Position numbers and translations under genes: made by a program. 64,000 bases of DNA from Candidatus Poribacteria bacterium (GTDB lineage Bacteria > Poribacteria > WGA-4E > PCPOR2b), in NCBI GenBank assembly GCA_965218095.1, contig OZ244587.1, positions 2,560,001-2,624,000 of the forward strand. Direction: 5' to 3'. Shown here piece by piece: positions 21,861-32,987 of the stretch. The notes under the pieces are model-generated. The model was not told the DNA's origin, did no database searches, and worked only from the letters and a program-made list of their open reading frames with translations. The first letter of the stretch is position 1. The number at the start of each line of letters is the position of its first letter.

Positions 21861-22421
21861 ATGAATCGAGACGACGCTTTAAAACTACTCTGTGAATATA
21901 CGCAAAAAGACGGGTTACGCAAACACGCCTTCGCCGTCGAAGTTGCAATGCGTACCTACGCCAAGAAGTTCGGCGAAGATGAGGATAAGTGGGGAATCGT
22001 GGGGCTCCTGCACGATTTCGACTACGAAAAATATCCGACTCCAGATCAACACCCTGAAGTAGGGGCGAAAATCCTCAAGGAGAAAGGCTATTCCAACGAC
22101 GTGATCTACGCGATCCGGTCGCATGCGGATTACTTGGAGCTTGAGCGCAAGAGCTTGATGGACAAAACGCTCTACGCTGTCGATGAATTGGTTGGCTTTA
22201 TCACGGCCGTCGCGCTTGTTCGACCGAACAAAAATATCGCCGAAGTCAAGGTTTCTTCTGTGAAGAAAAAGCTCAAAGACAAAGCCTTCGCCCGTTCTGT
22301 CAATCGTGAAGGCATTCGAGAAGGGGCGGAAGGTCTCAGCGTCCCCCTTGATGAGCACATCGCGTTCGTGATCGACGCCATGAAAGGCATCGCCAATCAG
22401 CTTGGCTTGGCGGGTTCTTAA
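21861..22421 (+). CDS. HD/HDIG-domain metal-dependent phosphohydrolase
   Basis: KHAFAVE, GLLHDFDYE, AIRSHA, AVDEL, KDKAFARSVNRE. Confidence 0.9.
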   Translation: MNRDDALKLLCEYTQKDGLRKHAFAVEVAMRTYAKKFGEDEDKWGIVGLLHDFDYEKYPTPDQHPEVGAKILKEKGYSNDVIYAIRSHADYLELERKSLMDKTLYAVDELVGFITAVALVRPNKNIAEVKVSSVKKKLKDKAFARSVNREGIREGAEGLSVPLDEHIAFVIDAMKGIANQLGLAGS

Positions 22422-22440
22422 CTACCTTCGCTATTTAATC

Positions 22441-22650
22441 ATGTCAGTCGGGTGGAATGATGTGCGACGGATTCACGGTTGTCTGATTCATATTGACATC
22501 ATTAACGGGAAAGTATGGATGCAGCACGACAGAACAGAGGCTGACATTGCCCTTGAATTGGAACGGGCTGGCATCCCGGCGGAGATTCATGTAATAATCT
22601 GTTGCCGCGCCTTTCCAACGAAAAAAGATGACAGGTTTGGCAGTTCTTAG
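22441..22650 (+). pseudogene. XisI-family fragment
   Basis: GW...RIHGCLIHIDIINGKVWMQHDRTE.DIA.EL..AGIP; N-terminus missing and C-terminus degraded. Confidence 0.7.
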
Positions 22651-22741
22651 CTTGTGAGATTATTGACAATCGTGATATAATAACCCGAGTCGATTAGCAA
22701 CCACGAACGAACTCGTCAGATCCAAACAATCAGTGCAAAAC

Positions 22742-23311
22742 ATGTCTAACCACCAATCCAGTCCTATTTACACTATCGGTTACGGCAGCCGTTCCATCGA
22801 ACGGTTTGTCGAGGTTCTGCGACAATATGAGGTCGCCTACCTGATCGACGTGCGTTCCGCGCCCTATTCGCGCTACAAGCCGGAATTTTCCCAAGCGGAG
22901 CTGGCTGACGAACTGCAACACCATGGGTTTCGCTATGTATTCATGGGCGACACACTAGGCGGCCGGCCCGACGACGAGAATTGTTACGTGAACGGGGTGG
23001 TGGACTACGAAAAGGTGAAGGCCACTGCGCTCTACGAGAACGGGATTAAACGTCTCCAAACCGCTTTCTCTCAAGGACAATGCGTCGTCCTCATGTGCAG
23101 CGAGGGAAAACCGGAGAACTGTCACCGGAGCAAGCTCATCGGAACCACACTGGTGGGTCTGGACATACCGGTGATTCACATCGATGAAAATGACGAACTG
23201 CGGATGCAGGATGAAGTCATCGATCGGCTAACCAGCGGTCAACTTTCTCTGTTTGGTGAACACACATTCCACTCGTGCAAAAAGTACGAGCGAAAAGAAG
23301 ATGAAACTTAA
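22742..23311 (+). CDS. DUF488 family protein (1)
   Basis: IYTIGYG, LIDVRSAPYS, LGGRP, LMCSE...CHRS. Confidence 0.9.
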   Translation: MSNHQSSPIYTIGYGSRSIERFVEVLRQYEVAYLIDVRSAPYSRYKPEFSQAELADELQHHGFRYVFMGDTLGGRPDDENCYVNGVVDYEKVKATALYENGIKRLQTAFSQGQCVVLMCSEGKPENCHRSKLIGTTLVGLDIPVIHIDENDELRMQDEVIDRLTSGQLSLFGEHTFHSCKKYERKEDET

Positions 23312-23795
23312 AATTGTCACCATTGGTGTGTACGGATTTGATGAAGCCGGTTTCTTCCGGGCGCTGCAGGATGCAAAGGTGGACACCTTCTGTGACATCC
23401 GGCAGCGACGCGGCGTGCGCGGGGCGGCATACGCCTTCGTCAATAGCCAGCGTTTACAGGGACGATTGGCTGAATTGGGCATCCATTACCTGCATCGCAA
23501 GGACCTGGCGCCAACGAAATCGGTACGTGAGGTGCAAGCCGAGGCGGATAAGGTTAAGAAAACTGCTAAACGCCAGCGCACGAAGTTGGGTGAGGCGTTC
23601 ATTGAGGCGTACCAAACCGAGTGCCTGACGCACTTCAAGCCACAAAGCCTGCTGGACGACCTGGAGCCGGACGCACGGGTCGTGGCACTCTTTTGTGTTG
23701 AACGGGAACCGGGGGCTTGCCACCGGTCGCTGGTGGCGGAGGTGATAGAGAAAAAACTGAATCTGGACGTGGAGCATATCGTGCCAGCGTCATGA
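23301..23795 (+). CDS. DUF488 family protein (2), overlapping the upstream gene
   Basis: IVTIGVYG, FCDIRQRRGVRG, LAPT, LFCVE...CHRS. Confidence 0.85.
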   Translation: MKLKIVTIGVYGFDEAGFFRALQDAKVDTFCDIRQRRGVRGAAYAFVNSQRLQGRLAELGIHYLHRKDLAPTKSVREVQAEADKVKKTAKRQRTKLGEAFIEAYQTECLTHFKPQSLLDDLEPDARVVALFCVEREPGACHRSLVAEVIEKKLNLDVEHIVPAS

Positions 23796-23888
23796 GTTGC
23801 TGTATTTTACTCGATTCTGTTTTGTGTCAAAGGCAAAAACGGCAAGAATGCCGTATTTTTCAGTTATTACGGGAATCCACCTTAAAGC

Positions 23889-24410
23889 ATGGTCATTGTC
23901 GAAACGGAGCGACTGGTCCTCAGGCAGTTTCGCCTCTCCGAATACGCGATAAATTGCGTATTCGGAGATCCGGAAGTGATGCGTTTTGGAGACGGTGTCC
24001 AGACTCCCGAATGGGTTCACGACTAGCTCTGCCGTTATCTTGAGAACTATCGGCAGAAGTCGGGAATCGGGCCGTGGGCAGTAGTCGAGAAGATCAATAC
24101 GGAAGCGATTGGCTATTGTGGCCTGTTTTATTTTCCTGACGTGTGCGGCCAACCGGAAACGGAGATCGGCTACCGGTTGGCGCGGCCCTATTGGGGGCGT
24201 GGTTACGCGACAGAATCGGCACGGGCTGTCCGCGACTATGCACTTAACACCCTGCGTTTGCCGCGATTGATTGCGATGATTGATCCATAGAATGCCGCCT
24301 CGATTCACGTAGCGGAGAAACTTGGCATGCATTACGAAAAGGACGTGATGTTTGAAGGCTATACCCATCCAGACCGCGTGTACGTGATTGAGCGCGCAGA
24401 AAGTGGATAA
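23889..24410 (+). pseudogene. GNAT (RimJ/RimL-like) acetyltransferase with two in-frame TAG stops; absent from the ORF track
   Basis: Manual translation: MVIVETERLVLR...HD*LC...EIGYRLARPYWGRGYATESA...IDP*NAASIHVAEKLGM. Confidence 0.85.
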
Positions 24411-24835
24411 CAAAGCGGTACATAAGGAGTAATCATGTTACTACAAGAGCTCCATATGTTGGAACCACCTTGTCAGCTCTTGCTGCTGCCGCAGCATTTG
24501 TAGTTTCAGTAATTCTGCGCAGACGAGACGAGCGACGATAGGAGATCCGCGATTGGCAACGGTAGAATGTTCTGTCATTGTCCGCCGTTTGGGACGCATT
24601 GGGCCGCAGCTATAAGCAGAGGTCGATCGGCTTCTTCGGGTGGTTTTGGCATTGTAGCAAAGAGGAAATCGGCGTGTCACGACAAAAACTTGCCTATAAC
24701 CAGGCGTTGCAGTTGACGGTCCGATTCTCGGGCGAGCGCGGCAGTTTGTTGGTTTTTCGTTCGTTAGTACACGGGGTATGCGGTCGCGTGAAACGTTCAC
24801 ACGAGACAAGCGAAATTTTCACCATGAGGTCCGCT

Positions 24836-27715
24836 ATGAGGGTCCTGATTGTCGCCAAGACGCGCATGAGCAAGGGGGCGTGTATCGGCGGAATCACGCA
24901 GGATGGTCAAAGTGTTCGGCTGATTTCGGCGGATACTGACGCTCACGACAGCGCGGGCCGGGAGTATGAAGTCGGCGAGGTCTGGGAAGTTGAAGCTAAA
25001 CTGGCGGCTGATGTGATTCCACCGCACATAGAAAATATCGTCGTTTACAAAAAGCACAAGCTTCACACCCTCGAAGGCCCAGTCGCCATCATCGAACGAT
25101 TCATGTCCTCCAAAGTAGGCGGACCCGAGGTGCTCTACGAAGGTCTGACCCAATTCACGCCTACCGGTGCACTATACACCGCCGAAAGGACTGGCATCCC
25201 GCCTTACAGTACCATGTTCTGGCGACCCGATAAATCGCTAACACTCGACACGGCTGGCAAGCGCATCCGCTATCGCTATCCGACTGAAGATGGGGGCCGC
25301 ACCCTCACTTTCGTTGGCTTCCAGGAGCCGCTCAAGACGCTACCGGCAGGGACGTTGCTGCGCGTTTCGCTGGCTCACTGGTGGCGACCCGACGAAGGTA
25401 CTGACAGTGAGTATCGCTGCTTTGTACAGCTTTCGGGCTGGTTTCTGGAGGAAATCGGCAATCAAGTTGAGCAAAGCAAAATCCCGCCAAGCGGGGCAAT
25501 TAAGCAAATCCCCAATCCGCAATCAGTTGAACTGCCCACCACAGATTCCACGTCACCCCAACACCTGCTCAAAACCGTCTTCGGCTACGACGAATTTCGG
25601 CCGTTGCAGAAAGAGATCATTGACAACATCCTGGGTCAACGCGACACCTTGATTATCATGCCCACCGGCGGCGGCAAGTCATTGTGCTACCAACTGCCCG
25701 CACTACGCTTCGACGGTCTGACCGTCGTCGTGTCACCGCTCATTTCACTCATGCAGGACCAGGTGACGCAGTTGCAACAGTTGGGCACCCCTGCCGTTTA
25801 CCTCAACAGCACGCTCAATCACCGCGAATACCTTGCAACTGCCAACCGGATCAGAGGCGGCGCGGTGAAACTGCTCTACATCGCGCCGGAAACGCTCCTG
25901 CGCCCCGAAACATTGCTCATGCTCGACCGGTGTCGGCTGGACTGCTTGGCAATTGACGAAGCCCACTGTATTTCTCAGTGGGGGCACGATTTTCGCCCGG
26001 AATATCGCCAACTCGTGTCTGTGCGCGAGCGATTCCCTCACGCTGTGTGTGTTGCCCTCACTGCTACGGCAACGCCCCGCGTTCAAGCTGACATCAACGA
26101 TACGTTAGGTTTCCGCGACGAGAACAAGTTCATCGCCAGCTTTGATCGGGGAAACCTCTTTATCGCTGTTGAGCCGAAGACAGATTTACTCCGGCAGACC
26201 TTCGATTTCCTCGCCGCCCATCCCGACCAGTCGGGCATCATCTACTGTGCGACGCAACGGCAAGTAGATTCGCTGCACGCAGCACTGGTGGAGCATGGTA
26301 TCTCCGCGGCGCCCTACCATGCCGGACTGGAGGGCGAAACCCGCGAGCGCAACCAGACCGCTTTTATCCGCGACGACGTGCGGGTCATGGTTGCGACGAT
26401 TGCCTTTGGTATGGGCATCGACAAGCCGGATGTGCGCTTCGTGCTGCATGTGGATTTGCCCAAGGATATTGAATGCTACTACCAGGAAATCGGTCGCGCC
26501 GGGCGGGACGGTCTTCGGGCTGATTGTCTCCTGCTGTTCAGTTTTGGCGACGCAGGCACAATTCAACACTTCATCCAACAGGGTGCGGCGTCTGAGCGTA
26601 AGGGACGGGATGCACGTTTGCAGGCTCTGGTGGACTGGGCGACGTCGGGGGACTGCCGTCGCAGCGGACTGCTGACCTATTTCGGGGAGGTGTATGAAGC
26701 TGAAAACTGCCAGATGTGCGACAACTGTCTCAAGGGAGAAGGTGAACGGGTTGACCTCACCATTCCAGCTCAGAAATTTCTCTCATGCGTCGCGCGGACA
26801 GGCCAGATTTTCGGCATAAATCATATTATCAAGGTGCTGCGTGGTTCGCAGGCCAAAGAGGTGTTGGCGCATGAGCATAACAAGCTCTCAACTTATGGTA
26901 TCGGCAAAGCGTATTCCGCCGAACAGTGGAAACTCTTGGCGCAGCAGTTCATCCAGCAGAAACTCCTTGCGTGGGATATGAACTATGGGAGCGTTAAATT
27001 GATGAAGAAAGGGCGGGCTGTCCTCAAGGGAGAGACGGTGTGGGGTGAGCCGATAGAAACGTCAACGTATACCACATCCGGCGAGACCGCCGGATACAAC
27101 CTGGGACTCTTCGAGCAACTGCGCGCCAAGCGTAAAAAACTTGCCGACGCTGAAGGTGTCCCGCCGTACATGATTTTCTCCGACCGCGCCTTGCAGGAGA
27201 TGGCGACCTATTGCCCCCACTCGGTTGGGGCGTTTGAAAGGATGCACGGCGTTGGTGGTGTAAAAATTGAAAAATACGCTGAGGTCTTCTTACCAATCAT
27301 CCGTACCTACTGCCAGGAACATAGGCTGACGGAAAAAGCGAAATCAGCGCCTCGTTCAGTGAGTCCCTCAATACCCTCCAAATCTCGCAGCCGGGAAGTC
27401 GGAGAACGGTTTCAGGCCGGAGAATCGATTGCCGAACTGATGCAAGTCTATAGGGTGAAGCGTCAGAGGATTATATCGCACCTGAGCACGTATGCGCAGG
27501 GGGAAAATCCGTTACCGGTGGCGCGCCTACGTGCCGAGTCTCAATTGTCAGCGGAGATACAAAATCGCGTGCTGGCGACTTTTGACGAACTGAATACGCC
27601 CTTCCTACGTCCAGTTTTCGATGCTTTTGGCGAAACTGTCAGTTATGAAGAGTTGCACCTGATGCGGGTGATTTATTGGTCGCAAACTCTCGCTAGTTCT
27701 ACTGCGACATCTTAG
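24836..27715 (+). CDS. recQ: RecQ helicase with an extra ~210-aa N-terminal domain (dual-OB-like), RQC, HRDC and a C-terminal HTH
   Basis: [42 protein letters not shown]...[20 protein letters not shown]; N-terminus [19 protein letters not shown]; RBS gaggt. Confidence 0.93.
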   Translation: MRVLIVAKTRMSKGACIGGITQDGQSVRLISADTDAHDSAGREYEVGEVWEVEAKLAADVIPPHIENIVVYKKHKLHTLEGPVAIIERFMSSKVGGPEVLYEGLTQFTPTGALYTAERTGIPPYSTMFWRPDKSLTLDTAGKRIRYRYPTEDGGRTLTFVGFQEPLKTLPAGTLLRVSLAHWWRPDEGTDSEYRCFVQLSGWFLEEIGNQVEQSKIPPSGAIKQIPNPQSVELPTTDSTSPQHLLKTVFGYDEFRPLQKEIIDNILGQRDTLIIMPTGGGKSLCYQLPALRFDGLTVVVSPLISLMQDQVTQLQQLGTPAVYLNSTLNHREYLATANRIRGGAVKLLYIAPETLLRPETLLMLDRCRLDCLAIDEAHCISQWGHDFRPEYRQLVSVRERFPHAVCVALTATATPRVQADINDTLGFRDENKFIASFDRGNLFIAVEPKTDLLRQTFDFLAAHPDQSGIIYCATQRQVDSLHAALVEHGISAAPYHAGLEGETRERNQTAFIRDDVRVMVATIAFGMGIDKPDVRFVLHVDLPKDIECYYQEIGRAGRDGLRADCLLLFSFGDAGTIQHFIQQGAASERKGRDARLQALVDWATSGDCRRSGLLTYFGEVYEAENCQMCDNCLKGEGERVDLTIPAQKFLSCVARTGQIFGINHIIKVLRGSQAKEVLAHEHNKLSTYGIGKAYSAEQWKLLAQQFIQQKLLAWDMNYGSVKLMKKGRAVLKGETVWGEPIETSTYTTSGETAGYNLGLFEQLRAKRKKLADAEGVPPYMIFSDRALQEMATYCPHSVGAFERMHGVGGVKIEKYAEVFLPIIRTYCQEHRLTEKAKSAPRSVSPSIPSKSRSREVGERFQAGESIAELMQVYRVKRQRIISHLSTYAQGENPLPVARLRAESQLSAEIQNRVLATFDELNTPFLRPVFDAFGETVSYEELHLMRVIYWSQTLASSTATS

Positions 27716-27835
27716 CTTCGGAAGTCCGATTCAATGAGATTCGGGCATCGCCGACCAGTTTGGGTTGGCAGGGGCTTAACTGAGGGCTGGTCATAATTCG
27801 ATCCGAATTCTACCGGAGCGAGGAATGACGGTACT

Positions 27836-27859
27836 GTAGCCGAATTCGTGAGAATTCGG
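27836..27859 (+). repeat. REP-like GTAG hairpin
   Basis: gtag-ccgaattc-gtga-gaattcgg. Confidence 0.55.
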
Positions 27860-27879
27860 ACCTGCTGCAACAGAACACC

Positions 27880-28070
27880 CCGATGACATCACCATTGCCG
27901 CCGCCATTATCGCCTTGGCGCATAGCCTGCGACCAAGGTCATCGCCGAGGGCGTTGAGACGGAACATCAACTGGCTTTCCTGCGCGGCAAGGGCTGCCAT
28001 GAGATTCAGGGCTATCTCTTCGGTTCGCCCATGTCTGCTGGTTTTTCGTCGGGTTCGCGATGAGATTCAG
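27880..28070 (+). pseudogene. EAL (c-di-GMP phosphodiesterase) C-terminal fragment
   Basis: AIIALAHSL, then a frameshift, then [32 protein letters not shown]. Confidence 0.75.
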
Positions 28071-28153
28071 CAAAAGATTCAAACAGGGTTAGAGACGCTT
28101 GACCTGCCTGTGGATTCCCACTGTGAAACGCATCCAGAATAATAGAGGAAACA

Positions 28154-28987
28154 ATGCAACCTACCTTTTTAGCTATCGGTCATTTCTGCTACGATGTCGC
28201 TCCCAATGGATACGTCCTTGGTGGGGCTGCGGCTTATTCAACAATTACAGCTCGAAATCTCGGTTGCCGCGCTTGCGCAGTGACAGCCGTTGGCGCAGAT
28301 TTTGACAGACAAAATCCGATCTTAGATGGGATCGATGTCGCATACCATGATTCACCTGAAACCACTATCTTTGATAATCGGTATGACGTAGATGGTCGGC
28401 GTCAACAACTGATCTTAGGGGTTGGCGGTAAATTGCAATCGCATCACGTTCTAAGCCAGTGGAGAAATGCAGATATTGCCTACCTTTGCCCGCTTGTAGA
28501 TGAGGTGGATGCACTGATTGCCCAATGCTTCGATCATGCGTTGATTGGCGTCTCGCCACAAGGCTGGATGCGCCGATGGGATGAGAGCCATCAAGTGTTT
28601 CCCAAACGTTGGCATACTGCCGAAGCAATTCTACCGCATGCAGATGTTTTGGTCTTGAGTGAGGAGGACATCGCTGCATACCCTGAAGCGCTCGAAAAGT
28701 ATATTCAATGGACGCGAATTGTGGTGCTGACAAAAGGTAAGCATGGCGCGACGCTGTACGAAAGTGGTCAGAACTTGGAATCCAATGCCTACCCCGCAAA
28801 TGAAGTGGATGCGACGGGTGCCGGTGATGTATTTGCTGCCGCGTTCTTAATCAAATACCACGAAACGCAGTCATCACAAGCGGCGCTAAACTTTGCACAC
28901 TGTGTTGCGTCGTTTGCCGTCGAAGGGAAAGGCACAACGCGCATTCCGACCTTGGATCAGATAAATGTGCGGCTGAGAAAACTTTAG
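28154..28987 (+). CDS. PfkB-family carbohydrate kinase
   Basis: GGAAAYS; VDATGAGDVFAAAF. Confidence 0.9.
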   Translation: MQPTFLAIGHFCYDVAPNGYVLGGAAAYSTITARNLGCRACAVTAVGADFDRQNPILDGIDVAYHDSPETTIFDNRYDVDGRRQQLILGVGGKLQSHHVLSQWRNADIAYLCPLVDEVDALIAQCFDHALIGVSPQGWMRRWDESHQVFPKRWHTAEAILPHADVLVLSEEDIAAYPEALEKYIQWTRIVVLTKGKHGATLYESGQNLESNAYPANEVDATGAGDVFAAAFLIKYHETQSSQAALNFAHCVASFAVEGKGTTRIPTLDQINVRLRKL

Positions 28988-28989
28988 TG

Positions 28990-29880
28990 TTAGCGACTTA
29001 GAGCATACGCCACGACGTTCATCCCCTGCTCAAACGCCCACCAACGCTGTTCTTCTCCTCCCGGTGTACACACTCTGCCTTCCCACGCGCAGTTGAGATC
29101 ACTTGGACAGAAGTAGACGACAATGCGATCATCGACCATAATTGCTTCGTCAAAATCACACACAGATGGAATTAACTTATCGCCACCGAGATATTCATTG
29201 TGGTCATAGAGTGTGTGATAAATTGGATGACTCAAATCAAGTCGCTCAAGCTTTTTGTCCGGGAAAATGCGCTTCATCAGCCGACTTATCGCAGGACGCA
29301 TCCGTCCCCAACGTCGAACATCACAATCTTCAACGTGGAGAAAGCCGCCGCGCTCCAGATACTCTCGCAGTTTTCGCGCTTCAGCATCCGAAAACCGGAC
29401 GCCCATGTGTCCCGTCATAAAGATGAAAGGATAAGCGCAAAGGCGATCAATGTCGTCCTTGAGGATCGAAATGTATTGTGGATTATCATGCAGTTCAACA
29501 TCAATCGATGTATGTTCTGCTAATACCTCTGTAAATTTGCGATCTGAGGGCCAACGTTCGTAATTCACCACATTTGTGAACCAATCGCCTCCTGGATATT
29601 TGAGTCGGACAAAGACAAATTCTTCGCCCGTCGAATCCGGCGATGGGTGGTGGTGCTCAATCCACCCATACTGGTGACCCCTGTGTGCGTCTCGTGGGGC
29701 ATCATAGGGGATGTATTCTATCAAAGGGGTAGCGTTACTTGAAGAGGCAAAGCGATCGGCGATGAGAGCCGATGCAGCGAGCCCCGCGGACCCTTTGAAA
29801 AACGATCTGCGCGACAAGCGACGAGTCGTCACATCTGACGCAGTTTTTTTTGAAGTGCTAGATAGTTTTCCGTCGAACAT
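28990..29880 (-). CDS. DUF4159 protein with a twin-arginine signal
   Basis: SRRSFFK; YPFIFMTGH; YLERGGFLHVEDC; GMNVVAYAL. Confidence 0.85.
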   Translation of the reverse strand: MFDGKLSSTSKKTASDVTTRRLSRRSFFKGSAGLAASALIADRFASSSNATPLIEYIPYDAPRDAHRGHQYGWIEHHHPSPDSTGEEFVFVRLKYPGGDWFTNVVNYERWPSDRKFTEVLAEHTSIDVELHDNPQYISILKDDIDRLCAYPFIFMTGHMGVRFSDAEARKLREYLERGGFLHVEDCDVRRWGRMRPAISRLMKRIFPDKKLERLDLSHPIYHTLYDHNEYLGGDKLIPSVCDFDEAIMVDDRIVVYFCPSDLNCAWEGRVCTPGGEEQRWWAFEQGMNVVAYALSR

Positions 29881-30137
29881 AGCTGCATTCTCCTTTCAAG
29901 ATGAAAGGACAGTATACGATCAGGGGTTGAAACCTCTTATACTACGCTGAAAATACTCTTGGATCGATTTGAAGCCGTTCAAGGGGAACGCCTTGAGAAA
30001 AAGGATGAAACCTCAGATCGCCAAGATCTCCTGGCTGTGCAGGAATTTTATCCGCAGCAGTGAAGACACATCAACCAACGCCAGCCGAAATTTCAGAATC
30101 GGCGGATGACTGAACATAACGCATTACGCTTCACGTT

Positions 30138-31079
30138 TCAGCACCACCGATTCTTCTCCACGACACTCCGCAACGGTTTACCCGCAACAAATCGGCGAAG
30201 GTTTTCCTTGACGACCTCGATACGACGGTTTGCCGCATACGGACCGTCCCCTGCTGTATGTGGGGTGATGATGACATTCTCCATGCCCCAGAGCGGGTGA
30301 TCGGCAGGGAGAGGTTCTGTTTCAAACACATCAAGCCCAGCCCCGGCGATTTCGCCCTCCTGCAAGGCGGTTGTCAAAGCCGCAAGGTCCACGACAACAC
30401 CCCGTGATATATTGATGAGGTATGCTGTTTTTTTCATCTGTTTGAGCTGATCTGTGCGAATCAGTTTGACCGTCTCAGGGGTGTGCGGCACGCAACTGAC
30501 AACAAAATCAGATTCCGCCAGGAGATCACCCAATCGATCTGCGCCCCATAACGCATCAACGAAATCAGGCTTCTCTACCTCGGCCACATTCGTTGCGATG
30601 ACGCGCATCTCCGCTGCTGCGCCACGTTTTGCCACCGCCGTCCCAATCCCACCAAGCCCGATGACCCCAAGCGTCTGATCCGCGAGATGGATGATGGGGA
30701 CACTCTTTGCCCATTTTCGCTCAAGTTGCCGACGCAGGTAGATATGAAATCCACGGGCAAACATCAAAATATACCCCATTACATGGTCTGCAATATTATC
30801 GCTGTAGATGCCTTGCATGTTGGACAGGGTCACATTGCTTTGTGCCAACGCAGGGAACATGTAGTGTTCGAGTCCCGCCATCGGCGTTTGAATCCAACGC
30901 AGCTTCTGCGCCTGCGCTAACATCGCCGGGGTGATCCGACCGTATATGGCATCGACCTCGCCAACGACTTCAAGCGCCCGATCTTCTTCTTTGAGGTTCA
31001 GTACTTCGACTTCGCTTGAAACGGACTGGATTTCCTGTAATTCATTTTCATCGACTGCTGGATATATGAGAAATTTCAT
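30138..31079 (-). CDS. D-2-hydroxyacid dehydrogenase
   Basis: GLGGIG, INISRG, GLDVFETEPLP, ITPHTAG. Confidence 0.92.
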   Translation of the reverse strand: MKFLIYPAVDENELQEIQSVSSEVEVLNLKEEDRALEVVGEVDAIYGRITPAMLAQAQKLRWIQTPMAGLEHYMFPALAQSNVTLSNMQGIYSDNIADHVMGYILMFARGFHIYLRRQLERKWAKSVPIIHLADQTLGVIGLGGIGTAVAKRGAAAEMRVIATNVAEVEKPDFVDALWGADRLGDLLAESDFVVSCVPHTPETVKLIRTDQLKQMKKTAYLINISRGVVVDLAALTTALQEGEIAGAGLDVFETEPLPADHPLWGMENVIITPHTAGDGPYAANRRIEVVKENLRRFVAGKPLRSVVEKNRWC

Positions 31080-31357
31080 TGAATGCGCTTCACTTTGTTC
31101 AAGTTTTTTATACTGCAAATTTGTGGTAGTATAGCATCTAACTGCTGTGCTGTAAAGGGAAAGAAGAAAAATTCTTCATCACTCACAGTTGCAACCCATG
31201 CCAACCAGTTTTTACACATCCTGGTGATTGTGTTCCCCTTTGGATTTTTTTTGCTTGATCTTCGCTTTTTCATCGCTTATAATCTTTCTGAATGTGGGAC
31301 AGTGCGCTTTCAGACAGAATTTTTCGAGGGACGACTAAATTGATTACGAAAGGGGCT

Positions 31358-31549
31358 GTGTTCTATCACTAAACCTTTGAGAACCCACATCGGAACTGGA
31401 AAATTCACGTCGCAAAAGTGCAGATCCTGCCCCGATTTATCAGGGAGTTCATGAGTTGATGAGTTCATTGAACTCTTGAATCAAATCCCTGGTCATCTTC
31501 TCAATACGCCAACCAGAGCAGATTTTTCACGGATTTAGTGATAGCACAC
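31358..31549. mobile_element. Putative MITE, about 192 bp
   Basis: Inverted ends gtgttctatcactaaa / tttagtgatagcacac (15/16 match); no ORF. Confidence 0.5.
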
Positions 31550-31691
31550 CATGCCAATTCTGACTCTGAATTTTGGGCGTGATACGAACTATACTAGACG
31601 CCTTTTAAAACAACAAGGGATGTCGTCCTCGTTGATTGCAAACTGCAATTTCAAACTGCAAAAAATCTGAATCCTCCAACAGGTAACGCCT

Positions 31692-32927
31692 ATGGATTAT
31701 CCGAAACTCCGTCCTCTTGAGATTTTCCCCGTCACAGCCGACGAGCGTCAACTTCTGTGTCTTCGGGACCCCCTTCAGTATGTCACGGAGCCTGTTCTCG
31801 TTCCGCGTGAAATTCTGCCGATTTTGCAATATTTCGACGGGCGGCACACGATCCTCGATATACAGACAGAATATGCTCGCAAGACCGGCGAAATTTTATT
31901 CAGCGATGTTATCAAACAGATTATTGAGGAGTTGGATGCTCGCCTGATGATAGACAGTGAGAAATTCCAGGAGTACCAACGAGGATTGGAAAAGGCGTTC
32001 CGTGAACAGACGACTCGCTCCGCCGCCCATGTTGGTAGTGCTTATCCAAACAACTCTGAAGAACTCAAAGAAAAGTTGATGGGTTTCTTCCAACCGCCAG
32101 ATGGGCCCGGATCGCCTGATCCATCGGTGGAATCCGATTCGTCACTAGTAGGCGCTATTGTCCCGCATATCGATCTTCGACAGGGCGGACCGTGCTTCGC
32201 TCATGCCTACAAGGAGATTGTCGAAAAATCTAATGCGGATCTCTTTATCATTCTCGGTGTCAAACACACGGGGTATCGCGGGATGTACACAGCGACCTAT
32301 AAAGATTTTGAGACACCGTTAGGGACGGTAAAGACCGATGCTGACTTTATCGATCGCCTTCAACAAAATTACGATGGCGATTTGCTCGAAGATGAATTCT
32401 TCCATAAAAGTGAACATTCGGTCGAGTTTCAGGTTGTGTTCCTGCAAGCTCTGTTGGGAGAGGTGAAGCCGTTCCGAATCGTCCCGATTATCTGTAGTTC
32501 CTTTGATCAGCTCGTGATTGTCGGTGGCGACCCCCACGAGAAACCTTCAGTGGGTGGATTTATCAATAGCTTACAACAAGCGATTGAGGCGAGTGATTCT
32601 TCTGTTTGCATCCTCGCAAGCGTTGACCTGAGCCACGTTGGTGGGCGTTTCGGGGACCGCTTTCCACTGAACACAATCGTGCGAGATCGTATCCGCGATG
32701 AAGATCTGGAGATGCTGCGCGCGGCAGAAAATGTCAATACTCAGGCTTTTCTGGAGACGATCTGTCGCACGAAAAACCAGCGTCGTGTTGATGGCGTTTG
32801 TCCAATCTACACCCTGCTCGAAACCGTGCAGCCCACTTCAGGGCAGTTGCTGCAATATGATCAGGGTTTAGAGCCCGAAACAAATTCAGTCGTCACATTT
32901 GCAAGCATGGGGTTTTATCGGAATTAA
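31692..32927 (+). CDS. AmmeMemoRadiSam system protein B (MEMO1 family) with N-terminal extension
   Basis: VPHIDL, FETPLG, EHSVEFQ, SVDLSHVG, VTFASM. Confidence 0.9.
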   Translation: MDYPKLRPLEIFPVTADERQLLCLRDPLQYVTEPVLVPREILPILQYFDGRHTILDIQTEYARKTGEILFSDVIKQIIEELDARLMIDSEKFQEYQRGLEKAFREQTTRSAAHVGSAYPNNSEELKEKLMGFFQPPDGPGSPDPSVESDSSLVGAIVPHIDLRQGGPCFAHAYKEIVEKSNADLFIILGVKHTGYRGMYTATYKDFETPLGTVKTDADFIDRLQQNYDGDLLEDEFFHKSEHSVEFQVVFLQALLGEVKPFRIVPIICSSFDQLVIVGGDPHEKPSVGGFINSLQQAIEASDSSVCILASVDLSHVGGRFGDRFPLNTIVRDRIRDEDLEMLRAAENVNTQAFLETICRTKNQRRVDGVCPIYTLLETVQPTSGQLLQYDQGLEPETNSVVTFASMGFYRN

Positions 32928-32987
32928 GATCAGAACCTCTCGTTACTCATTACGTTTTACGCATACAATACAATTGGAGGGTTTAAC

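Noticed and set aside
23790-24413. 207-aa minus-strand ORF
   Set aside because: Antisense shadow of the GNAT pseudogene.
24578-24835. 86-aa N-terminal extension of RecQ in the ORF track
   Set aside because: It reads through a degraded intergenic remnant; RBS gaggt + ATG at 24836 is the more plausible start.
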